Assembly (NCBI GenBank): GCA_033762915.1
Contig: JANRLD010000108.1
Coordinates: forward strand, 1 to 24,231
Length of the DNA stretch: 24,231 nucleotides
Direction: 5' to 3'
Source of the DNA: Meiothermus sp.
GTDB taxonomy: Bacteria; Deinococcota; Deinococci; Deinococcales; Thermaceae
Made by a program: the position numbers and the translations under genes. Positions 1 to 7,683 of this stretch are shown here, in pieces. Position 1 is the first letter of the stretch, and every line of letters starts with the position of its first letter. The notes below the pieces were generated by a model. It had not been told where the DNA came from, made no database searches, and saw only the letters and a list, made by a program, of their open reading frames with translations.

Positions 1-13
1 CAAGAGATTGAAC
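1..13 (+). repeat. Left terminal inverted repeat of IS
   Basis: CAAGAGATTGAAC is the exact reverse complement of 1200-1212. Confidence 0.9.
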
Positions 14-32
14 TGCGTCGAGAAACGCCGTT

Positions 33-93
33 GTACAGAAGAACCGTGCCGGGAGTCCTAGCAAAGAACTCGGTCAGCACGGTACTTCTGTAC
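33..93 (+). promoter_or_regulatory. Hairpin covering the transposase translation-initiation region
   Basis: GTACAGAAGAACCGTGC (33-49) pairs with GCACGGTACTTCTGTAC (77-93) at 16/17 positions and ends 1 nt before the ATG at 95. Confidence 0.6.
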
Positions 94-94
94 G

Positions 95-1165
95 ATGTCT
101 GAAGTCGTACAAGGTAGCTTAGCGCGTTTGGAGGGGTGGGAACAAGGCTATGCGTTGGGGTTGATGCAGTCCGAACACAAAAGCCCCAGCGCCATAGCAG
201 CCAGGGGGGCCACGGGGTACAGCCCCGGCTATAGCTGTCGTCTGCTCAGGCGAGAAGCCAAACCCCATGAGTCCAGCCGGGAGCAGCGCTTGAGGGAAGC
301 CCCCGAGGGGATGTACCTGGGGGTGGACTTGGTTCCCGTAGAGTATCAGGGGTGCTGGATCGAGGGGGTGGATCGGGTCTATTCGAGCAGCGACAAGGCC
401 CCTGTGTGGGGTCATAACCTGCTGTCGTGCGGGCTGGTGCGGTGTGGAGAGAATCCTTACCCACTGAGCCTGGAGGGTTTCCCCACAGAGGGTATGAGTT
501 CAGAGCTATACCCTTACCGAACCCCAGGCGAGGCGATGTGGGAGGCAGTCGAGGCCGTCCGGGGGCAGGGCTACAGCTTGGCGGGGGTGGTGTTTGACAA
601 CCAGTTCGCGGGCAAGGTTCACCTAGCCAAGCTCTACGGACAACAAGTGCCTTTCGTGGCTCGGGCCAGGCTGAACCAGAAGGCGGGGCATGAGGGCAAT
701 GTTCAGTCTGTTCGAACCTTGGGTGAACAGTATCCACCCGGTAGGGCTCGCTACTACAAGCGTTTTGGCTGGTACGTCAAGCGCCTCAAGATCACCCTCA
801 GCGAGGTGGGACAGCTCGACGCGCTCCTGATCTGGCTGCCCCACCCCCACAAGGAAGGCTTCAGGCTGATCGCCCTGTTCTCCACCCTACAAACGGGCAT
901 CCAGGAAGTTCTCGCGGCCTGGAAGGCCCCCTGGGACTTGGAGCGGGTGCATCGCCTGCTCAAGCAGAACCTCGGCCTGTCCAAGTGCCTGGCCCGCTCC
1001 TACGCGGCCCAGCTCAAACACGCCGACCTTGCCATCACTGCTCTCCACCTCATTCGACAGCAAAAACAACATCACCCAGCCATTTCTTGGCGTTCAGCAC
1101 AGCATGATGCCGCAAGAAACCTCCAATCTCGGCTACTGACCGGGCTTCCTAGTCTTTCCGCTTAA
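95..1165 (+). CDS. DDE transposase, IS701-like
   Basis: 356 aa. N-terminal YALGLMQSEHKSPSAIA resembles IS701 N-termini; candidate triad GVD / VVFD / WDLERVHRLLKQNLGL; lies between the TIRs. Confidence 0.85.
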   Translation: MSEVVQGSLARLEGWEQGYALGLMQSEHKSPSAIAARGATGYSPGYSCRLLRREAKPHESSREQRLREAPEGMYLGVDLVPVEYQGCWIEGVDRVYSSSDKAPVWGHNLLSCGLVRCGENPYPLSLEGFPTEGMSSELYPYRTPGEAMWEAVEAVRGQGYSLAGVVFDNQFAGKVHLAKLYGQQVPFVARARLNQKAGHEGNVQSVRTLGEQYPPGRARYYKRFGWYVKRLKITLSEVGQLDALLIWLPHPHKEGFRLIALFSTLQTGIQEVLAAWKAPWDLERVHRLLKQNLGLSKCLARSYAAQLKHADLAITALHLIRQQKQHHPAISWRSAQHDAARNLQSRLLTGLPSLSA

Positions 1166-1199
1166 TTTCATGCCCTTCTTCCCCCTATTTCTCTCGCTG

Positions 1200-1212
1200 G
1201 TTCAATCTCTTG
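1200..1212 (-). repeat. Right terminal inverted repeat of IS
   Basis: GTTCAATCTCTTG, reverse complement of 1-13. Confidence 0.9.
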
Positions 1213-1348
1213 TTGGATGCACGGCTTATCGCGTCCGTGGTTCAGAACTGAGAATTGCCAGAAGCTGCCATAAATCGCCACCTAGGACTATGGCCGCTAC
1301 CTTTCGATTGCTTTTTTTTCTAGAGCGTTCAACACCTGTTTGCCGGCC

Positions 1349-1381
1349 AAAGAAGAACCCCGGCGCGTTAACGCACCGGGG
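1349..1381 (-). terminator. Intrinsic terminator-like hairpin on the minus strand
   Basis: Minus strand reads CCCCGGTGCGT-TA-ACGCGCCGGGG followed by TTCTTCTTT. Confidence 0.6.
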
Positions 1382-1693
1382 AAGCGGGAATGCTTAGATA
1401 AGAGGGTATCAAACAACTTATCGAGGGCTGTGGCATGTAACCCAATGTCGGACCTTTGACGTAACGCTAAACGAAACGTTGCGCTGGCTCGAGCGCCTGC
1501 ACGCCTCATTTGAGCCATTTTGGGCGGTTGGTCGCCGGAACTATTGCGCCAGAGCCGCGCCGAGGGCCGAGCCGATTGGATAAACTACCGCGATACCGTG
1601 AAAGGCACCGAATGGCTTTCGGCCCATGCTGAATCACCCGAAGTTGATATAGATTTTCGAGTCTCATGGCAGACAGATCTAGGGTGCGCAGTG

Positions 1694-1699
1694 TACACT
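1694..1699 (+). promoter_or_regulatory. -10 box for probable leaderless mRNA
   Basis: TACACT lies 5 nt upstream of ATG 1705, with no Shine-Dalgarno. Confidence 0.55.
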
Positions 1700-1704
1700 G
1701 GGGC

Positions 1705-2907
1705 ATGGAATTGCACGACGACGCCTTCTGGCAGGGGCAGTTCTCCCGGCCTGCCCAGCGCATGGGCAGCGCCATGACCCGCGAGCTCTGGAAGGTGGCC
1801 GGGCGACCCGGCATCATCTCGCTGGCCGGGGGCACCCCCTCGCCCGACCTGCTTCCGGTGGAGCTGCTCCGCCAAGTCTCTGATAAGGTGCTGCGCGAGC
1901 AGGGCCAACGGGCCTTGCAGTATAGCCTGACCGAGGGCCTGCCCGAGCTGCGCGAGTGGATCGCCTCGAGGTTCGCGGGCGCGACACCAGACAACGTGCA
2001 GATCACCACTGGTTCCCAGCAAGCGCTGGGCTTGGTGGCCCAGACCTTGCTGAACCCCGGCGACAAGGTGATTGTGGAGAGTCCCAGCTACCTGGGGGCC
2101 TTCCAGGCCTTTAATGTATCCATGCCCGAGTACCTTGCGGCCCCGATGGACGGAGACGGGCTGCTGGTGGACGAACTCGAGCCCCTGCTGGCCCAACGGC
2201 CCAAGTTCATCTACGTGCTGCCTAATTTCCAGAACCCCTCTGGCGCCACCCTCAGTCTTGAGCGCCGCCAAAAACTGGTGGAGATGGCCCGGGCCTACCG
2301 CGTCCCGATCCTGGAGGACGACGCCTACCACTACCTGAGCTTTGACGGCGTCACCCTGCCCACGCTTTACGACCTCGACCACCGGCTCGGCGGCGGCAAC
2401 GTGATCCACACCTCTACCTTCTCCAAAACCGTGGCCCCCGGTCTACGGGTGGCCTGGGTGGTGGGGCCAAAGGTTGCGGTCGGCAAGATCTGCCAGATGA
2501 AGCAGGGCAGCGACTCCATGACCCCCACCTTCAGCCAGCTGTTGGTGCGTGAGGTGGCCCCTCTCATCGAGGCCGAGTTCGTGCCCCGGATTCGCGCCAA
2601 ATATAAGCTCCACTGCGAGGTGATGCTCGAGGCCCTGCGGCAGCACCTCCCTCTGGCCAGGTACTCTGTCCCCAAGGGCGGGATGTTCTTCTGGCTCGAG
2701 CTTCCCCGGGGCATCAACACCCTCGAGCTGCTCGATGCCGCCGTCGCCCAGGGCACCGTCTTCGTCCCCGGCTCCACCTTCTACCCCGACGGCTCCGGCC
2801 ACCACACCCTGCGGCTCTCCTTCTCCAACGCCAGCCCGGACAACATCCGCCTCGGCGTGGAACGGCTGGGCAAGGCGGTGGAGAGCATGGCGGTGACCCG
2901 GCCATGA
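1705..2907 (+). CDS. Class I PLP-dependent aminotransferase (LysN-like paralogue 1)
   Basis: Motifs ISLAGGTP, ITTGSQQAL, PNFQNPSG, ILEDDAY, STFSKT (PLP lysine), PGLRVAW, LRLSFS. Start 1705 is preferred over 1666 because of the -10 box. Confidence 0.9.
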   Translation: MELHDDAFWQGQFSRPAQRMGSAMTRELWKVAGRPGIISLAGGTPSPDLLPVELLRQVSDKVLREQGQRALQYSLTEGLPELREWIASRFAGATPDNVQITTGSQQALGLVAQTLLNPGDKVIVESPSYLGAFQAFNVSMPEYLAAPMDGDGLLVDELEPLLAQRPKFIYVLPNFQNPSGATLSLERRQKLVEMARAYRVPILEDDAYHYLSFDGVTLPTLYDLDHRLGGGNVIHTSTFSKTVAPGLRVAWVVGPKVAVGKICQMKQGSDSMTPTFSQLLVREVAPLIEAEFVPRIRAKYKLHCEVMLEALRQHLPLARYSVPKGGMFFWLELPRGINTLELLDAAVAQGTVFVPGSTFYPDGSGHHTLRLSFSNASPDNIRLGVERLGKAVESMAVTRP

Positions 2908-4109
2908 CCGATTTCTCCAAACTCTTCGCCTCGCGCATGCAGCGGGTGCAGGCTTCGACCATCCGGGAAATTCTTAAGCTAACCGCGCAGCCGGGGTTCA
3001 TCAGTTTCGCGGGCGGCCTGCCGGCTGCAGACCTCTTCCCCGTCGCAGAGATGAGGGAGGCTTCGAACCGGATCCTCGAGACCCAGGGCACCGTCGCGCT
3101 GCAATATTCCACCACCGAAGGACACCCGGGGCTGCGCGAGTGGGTGGCGCGCCGCATGCCTGGGGCGACCATCGACCATGTGCAGATCACCTCGGGCTCG
3201 CAGCAGGGGCTGGACTTTCTGGGCAAACTGTTCATGGAGAAGGGCGCGAAAATCGCGGTGGAGGCGCCCACCTACCTGGGCGCACTCTCTTCCTTCAACC
3301 CCTACGAGCCCGACTACGTGAGCATCCCCATGGACGACGAGGGGATGATCCCGGAGGCCCTCGAGGCCGCACTGAAGGCTCATGCCCTGCGGCTGATCTA
3401 CGTGCTCCCCACCTTCCAGAATCCCTCGGGACGGCTGATGGGCCTCGAGCGCCGCAGGGTCATCGTGGAGCTGGGCCGCAAGTACGGGGTGCCGATCCTC
3501 GAGGACGACGCCTACGCAGAGCTGTACTTCGACGGCCAACCGCTGCCCACGCTCTACGCGCTCGACCACGCGCAAGGCGGCGGCAACGTGATCTACTCCT
3601 CCACCGCCTCCAAGACCCTGGCTCCCGGCTTGCGGGTGGCCTGGGTGGTCGCGCCTCGAGAGGTCATCGCCAAACTGGTCTTCATCAAGCAGGGGGCCGA
3701 CCTCCACACCCCCACCTTTAACCAGATGCTGGTCTACGAAGTCCTCAAGGACGAGGCCTTTTTTGCCGGGCAGATCGCCCGCGTTCGCAGCACCTACCAG
3801 CGAAGGCGGGACTGGATGCTCTCGGCCTTGCAGCGGTTTATGCCCGAGGACATGCGCTGGATCGTGCCGCAGGGCGGGATGTTCTTCTTCCTCAGCGGAG
3901 CGGCGGGTCTGGACAGCATGAAGTTGCTCGAGGCTGCCGTCGCCGAGAAGATGGCCTTCGTCCCTGGCGAGCCCTTCTTCGCCGACGGTACAGGCAAGAA
4001 CACCCTCCGACTCTCCTTCAGCAGCGCCAGCCAGGAGCAGATCGAGGAAGGCATCAAGCGGCTGGGCAAGGCCACCCACAAGCTGTTGGGCCGGGAAGTG
4101 AAGGAATAG
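2904..4109 (+). CDS. lysN: PLP-dependent aminotransferase, 2-aminoadipate transaminase (LysN)-like
   Basis: QASTIREILKLT..PGFISFAGGLP, FQNPSG, EDDAY, STASKT, KQGADLHTP, LRLSFS resemble Thermus LysN. ATGA overlap with the upstream paralogue. Confidence 0.8.
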   Translation: MTDFSKLFASRMQRVQASTIREILKLTAQPGFISFAGGLPAADLFPVAEMREASNRILETQGTVALQYSTTEGHPGLREWVARRMPGATIDHVQITSGSQQGLDFLGKLFMEKGAKIAVEAPTYLGALSSFNPYEPDYVSIPMDDEGMIPEALEAALKAHALRLIYVLPTFQNPSGRLMGLERRRVIVELGRKYGVPILEDDAYAELYFDGQPLPTLYALDHAQGGGNVIYSSTASKTLAPGLRVAWVVAPREVIAKLVFIKQGADLHTPTFNQMLVYEVLKDEAFFAGQIARVRSTYQRRRDWMLSALQRFMPEDMRWIVPQGGMFFFLSGAAGLDSMKLLEAAVAEKMAFVPGEPFFADGTGKNTLRLSFSSASQEQIEEGIKRLGKATHKLLGREVKE

Positions 4110-4295
4110 GGGCATTTGGGCAGTTTCCCTTCAGCCTTCGTGGCTGGGGATGTTACCGAGTGGTTGTATCATGTGTATTGTTTCACGATAACGTGTTCGT
4201 GAAGGAATTAGAAACCGGACATCGGTCTCCTTTGAACCGCTGTGGGCGATAAGCTCTATGGTGAAATTGCGATATGGCTCCCCTGGATGTCCGCC

Positions 4296-4363
4296 GGGAA
4301 TTGTGCCAAACAGCCGCTTGCTGCGTCGAGCGGTTTCGCAAACCTACCCTGGCGCAACTTAGA
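4296..4363 (-). repeat. 68-bp dispersed element, copy 1 (conserved ends, 35-nt variable core)
   Basis: GGGAATTGTGCCA (4296-4308) + 35 nt + CTACCCTGGCGCAACTTAGA (4344-4363); the ends are identical to the reverse complement of 20402-20469. Confidence 0.85.
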
Positions 4364-5381
4364 CGTTAACCCAGTGGCCCGCTCGAGCCGAATCGAATAG
4401 TGCGTCCAACACCCTCATTTGCCGCACCGCTTCCTCCGCTGGGTAGCGCAGGGCCTCCTCGCCTCGGGCCGCCCGTACGAAGTGCTCGACCATGAGCTGG
4501 TACTGGTCTGCGGCGACCGACCCGACCTCTTCGCCGTTTAGGATCAGGCTGGGCACGCCCCGGCCGTGGCCACTATCCTTGCCTTTGGAGTCGCGGCCTG
4601 GTACGTAGGGTTCCGGAATCACCAGCGTCCCGCCGGTGCCCACCAGTTCGACCCGCTGGCGGAAAGTCTGGGTGAAGGCGCAGTCGAAGCTCGAGCGCAG
4701 CCCGTCACCGAAATCCAGGATGCCCAGGAAGTTGTGGTCGGCCCCGCCGCCCGCCGGATGATCGGGCGGGGTGAGCAGCGAGGTGCCGAAGACGCTCTGG
4801 GGCTCTCGGCCTGCGAAGGTACGAGAGACGTTCACGCAATAGGTCCCGATGTCGTAAAGCGCCCCACCGCCCAGCGCCTTGACCCAGCGGATGTCCAGGG
4901 GGCGGTCGAGGGTGAAGCTGAAGGTGGGCCGAATCAGCCGCAGCTCGCCGATGGCCCCGCCCGCGATGAGGTCTTTGGCCTGCTGAATCTGGGGGTGGAA
5001 GCGGTACATGAAGGCTTCCATCACTTGACGGCCCGCGCGCTTGGCGGCGGCATCCACCTGCACGGCCTCAGCGGCGTTGAGGGTGAAGGATTTCTCGCAC
5101 AGCACGTGCTTGCCCGCCTCGAGTGCCCGGATGCTGAGGGGCGCGTGCTCGGAGTTGGGGAGTGGGTTGTAGACCGCCTCGATCTCGGGGTCGGCCAGCA
5201 TCTCGTCGTAGCTTGCGTACGCCTTGGGAATGCCGTGCTCAGCGGCGTAGGCCCTGGCCCGCTCCCCGTCCCTGGCCGCTACCGCCGCCACCTCGGCGTT
5301 GCCTGATTTCTTTATCGCGGGAATCAAGGCCCCCGCCGCGATACGCGCCGCTCCAAGGATGCCGAAACGCATTTTGGTCAT
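4359..5381 (-). CDS. Gfo/Idh/MocA family NAD(P)-dependent oxidoreductase
   Basis: MRFGILGAARIA Rossmann motif, GKHVLCEK, EAFMYRFHPQ, GGGALYDIGTY. Start 5381 is supported by TAGAAT 5 nt upstream. Confidence 0.9.
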   Translation of the reverse strand: MTKMRFGILGAARIAAGALIPAIKKSGNAEVAAVAARDGERARAYAAEHGIPKAYASYDEMLADPEIEAVYNPLPNSEHAPLSIRALEAGKHVLCEKSFTLNAAEAVQVDAAAKRAGRQVMEAFMYRFHPQIQQAKDLIAGGAIGELRLIRPTFSFTLDRPLDIRWVKALGGGALYDIGTYCVNVSRTFAGREPQSVFGTSLLTPPDHPAGGGADHNFLGILDFGDGLRSSFDCAFTQTFRQRVELVGTGGTLVIPEPYVPGRDSKGKDSGHGRGVPSLILNGEEVGSVAADQYQLMVEHFVRAARGEEALRYPAEEAVRQMRVLDALFDSARAGHWVNV

Positions 5382-5386
5382 GCCGC

Positions 5387-5392
5387 ATTCTA
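5387..5392 (-). promoter_or_regulatory. -10 box for probable leaderless mRNA
   Basis: Minus strand TAGAAT-gcggc-ATG(5381). Confidence 0.6.
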
Positions 5393-5598
5393 CGGGGTTA
5401 ACCGTGGATTGCTGAAGGCGGCAGAGGGCTCGCTGGTGTGATGGGAACAGTGGCATCACCTTATATGAAACGCCCTGAGCCTGGGCGAGCCACTCCCCTA
5501 CTCTGCCAGAAGCCCCTGGTGTACTCCGTCTGGTCTTGCCAAACTCCCCAGGTTCCCAGCCCACAACCGCCCCACTTCCGCTACAATCATTAACCGCT

Positions 5599-7494
5599 AT
5601 GCGCATCGCCCTCGTCGAGAACCTCGAGTACAACCTGGGAGCCCGCGACCTGCTCGACGGGGTGAGCCTCGAGCTTCGCCATGGCGACCGGCTGGCACTG
5701 GTGGGGGCCAATGGCTCGGGCAAGACCACCCTGATGCGGCTGCTGACCGGCGAGTTGCAGCCTGCGCGGGGGCGGGTGATCCACACGCGGGGGGTTCACC
5801 TCGAGCTGCTGCCCCAGGACCCCGCCTACGCCGAGGGTGAGACCATTGAGACGGTCTTGAAAGCCGGGTTCGCCCGAATACAGGCCATGGAGGCCGACCT
5901 GGGCCGGCTCGAGGCCGATCTGGCGAACCCCGAAACCTATCACCAGTGGGAGGAGCTGCACGAGCGTTTTGAAGCGGTGGGGGGCTACCAACAGCGCAGC
6001 CGCTACGAAGGCGTGCTGCGGGGGCTGCGCTTCGCGGGGCGCGAGTCGGACAAGGTGTCGCAGCTCTCGGGCGGCGAGACCCGCCGCTTGGCCCTGGGCG
6101 CGCTGCTGCTCTCCGGTTCCGACGCGCTGCTCCTGGACGAGCCGACCAACCACCTCGACATTGAGATGGTGGAGTGGCTGGTCACCTTTCTGCGCTCCTA
6201 CGGCGGGGCCACCCTGACCGTCTCGCACGACCGGCAGTTCATGGACAAGGTGACCGAGCGGGTGGCCTGGCTGCGGCGCGGCACCCTGCGGCTGTTCGAG
6301 GGCAACTACTCGGCCTTCCGGCTCGAGCGGGCGGCCCAGGAGGAGCAGGAGGCGCGGGAGTATGCCAACTGGCTCAAGGAGAAGGAACGGCGCGAGGCCA
6401 TCCTCGAGCAGGCCCGGCGCTGGGCTCCGAGCTCAGCCAAGCACGCCCGGCGCATGCACAGCCTGGAGAACCGCCTGGAGCAGTTCCTCGAGGAGACCGA
6501 GCTGGACGCCCCCGAGGGCGACGACCCTGCGGTGCGGATGCGCTTCCCCATCGAAAAGCCGGTCACGGCAGAGCGTGTGCTCGAGGGCTGGGACCTGGCC
6601 AAGAGCATCCCAGGGCGCGAACTGTTCCGAATCGACAACCTGCTGGTTCGCAACGGCGAGCGCATCGCGGTGATCGGCCCCAACGGGGCCGGCAAGACCA
6701 CCCTGCTCAGGGTGCTGCTGGGCCTGACCTCCTCCGACAACCCGGCGGGCCGGGTCAAAACCGGGCCGGGGGTGCGGGTCGGCTACTACGACCAGAAGCT
6801 CTCCGGCTTCGACCCCGACCTGACGCTGTTCGAGACGCTGTACCGCCTTCTGGGCGAGAAGGCCCACGCTGCGCTGGGGGCCTGGATGTTTCCCTACGAG
6901 GCCCAGTTCAAGCAGGTGCGCAACCTCTCCGGAGGCGAGCGGGCGCGGCTGGCCCTGCTCTCCCTCAGCCTTCAGCAGGCCAATCTGCTGGTGCTCGACG
7001 AGCCCACCAACCACCTCGACCTGGAGACCGTAGAGGCCCTCGAGAGGGCCCTGCTTGAGTTCGGCGGCACCATCCTGCTGGTCTCGCACGACCTCTTTTT
7101 CCTGGATCAACTGGCCACGCGCACCTGGCACGTACACGCCGGCCGCTTCGACGACTACCCCGCCCCCCCCAGCGAGTACCTCGAGCGCCGCAACGTACGG
7201 GTGGTGCCCAAAGACGAACCCGCCAAGCCCACTGAGCCGGCGCCCGCGGGCCAAAAACCACAGGCAAGCAGCAAGGTTAAGGGCCGCTGGCAGCTCGAGC
7301 GCGAGCGCGAACGGCTCGAGGCCCTGGTGGCCGAGCTCGAGGGGCGGATTAAGGCCTTGCATCAGCGCGCCGCCGTTCCGGGCCTGCACCATACCGAGTA
7401 CGCCGAGATCGCCGCGCAAGAGAAAGCCCTAGAGGCCGAACTCGACACGGCCCTCGAGCAGTGGGCCGAGGTCGGTGAAAAGCTCGAGGCGTAG
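5599..7494 (+). CDS. ABC-F family ribosome-associated ATPase (Uup-like, C-terminal coiled coil)
   Basis: Two ABC domains (GANGSGKT/LSGGE/LLLDEPTNHLD and GPNGAGKT/LSGGE/LVLDEPTNHLD), no TM segments, helical C-terminus. TACAAT at 5582-5587 supports start 5599. Confidence 0.92.
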   Translation: MRIALVENLEYNLGARDLLDGVSLELRHGDRLALVGANGSGKTTLMRLLTGELQPARGRVIHTRGVHLELLPQDPAYAEGETIETVLKAGFARIQAMEADLGRLEADLANPETYHQWEELHERFEAVGGYQQRSRYEGVLRGLRFAGRESDKVSQLSGGETRRLALGALLLSGSDALLLDEPTNHLDIEMVEWLVTFLRSYGGATLTVSHDRQFMDKVTERVAWLRRGTLRLFEGNYSAFRLERAAQEEQEAREYANWLKEKERREAILEQARRWAPSSAKHARRMHSLENRLEQFLEETELDAPEGDDPAVRMRFPIEKPVTAERVLEGWDLAKSIPGRELFRIDNLLVRNGERIAVIGPNGAGKTTLLRVLLGLTSSDNPAGRVKTGPGVRVGYYDQKLSGFDPDLTLFETLYRLLGEKAHAALGAWMFPYEAQFKQVRNLSGGERARLALLSLSLQQANLLVLDEPTNHLDLETVEALERALLEFGGTILLVSHDLFFLDQLATRTWHVHAGRFDDYPAPPSEYLERRNVRVVPKDEPAKPTEPAPAGQKPQASSKVKGRWQLERERERLEALVAELEGRIKALHQRAAVPGLHHTEYAEIAAQEKALEAELDTALEQWAEVGEKLEA

Positions 7495-7496
7495 AG

Positions 7497-7600
7497 GTGG
7501 AAGGGCGCAAATCGGGGCAAGAGGAAGGGGGAAAGAGGAAATTACGTCCGTTGCATGACTTTCCCTGCGCTTTCCTCTTCGCTCCACGCTCGCCCTCCGC
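7497..7600. repeat. Long imperfect inverted repeat (purine arm / pyrimidine arm) after the ABC-F stop
   Basis: AGGGCG..AAGAGGAA..GGGAAAG is mirrored by CTTTCCC..TTCCTCTT..CGCCCT. Confidence 0.45.
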
Positions 7601-7602
7601 AT

Positions 7603-7630
7603 TTGCACATCGTGCTGTTCTTGCTACAAT
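7603..7630 (+). promoter_or_regulatory. Sigma-70-type promoter for the LCP gene
   Basis: TTGCAC-N16-TACAAT with extended -10 TGn. Confidence 0.5.
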
Positions 7631-7683
7631 GACGCATTGCCGATTCGCCGCTGCGGGTGCGGGCGGGGCGGCAGCGAGGCACT

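Larger units (their letters stand above)
1..1212 (+). mobile_element. Insertion sequence, IS701-like (DDE), apparently full length
   Basis: Perfect 13-bp terminal inverted repeats CAAGAGATTGAAC (1-13) and GTTCAATCTCTTG (1200-1212), with a further 6-bp match at positions 20-25, enclose one transposase ORF. The left flank is outside the window, so a target duplication cannot be checked. Confidence 0.88.

Noticed and set aside
1585..4115. Long antisense ORFs (also 6433-7419, 7798-8982, 9193-10311, 17575-18498, 22531-23709)
   Set aside because: Shadow frames of high-GC genes with no recognisable motifs
4182..4203. Rex operator
   Set aside because: Arms are in the opposite order and spacing to TTGTGAA-N4-TTCACAA, and the site lies between convergent genes
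4296..4363. CRISPR repeat-spacer or integron attC interpretation of the 68-bp element
   Set aside because: No tandem array or cas genes; the left and right flanks differ; the cores look homologous (transition-rich); no RYYYAAC...GTTRRRY arrangement
5382..5786. N-terminal extension of the 475-aa minus-strand ORF
   Set aside because: Overlaps the ABC-F gene; the Rossmann motif and -10 box place the start at 5381
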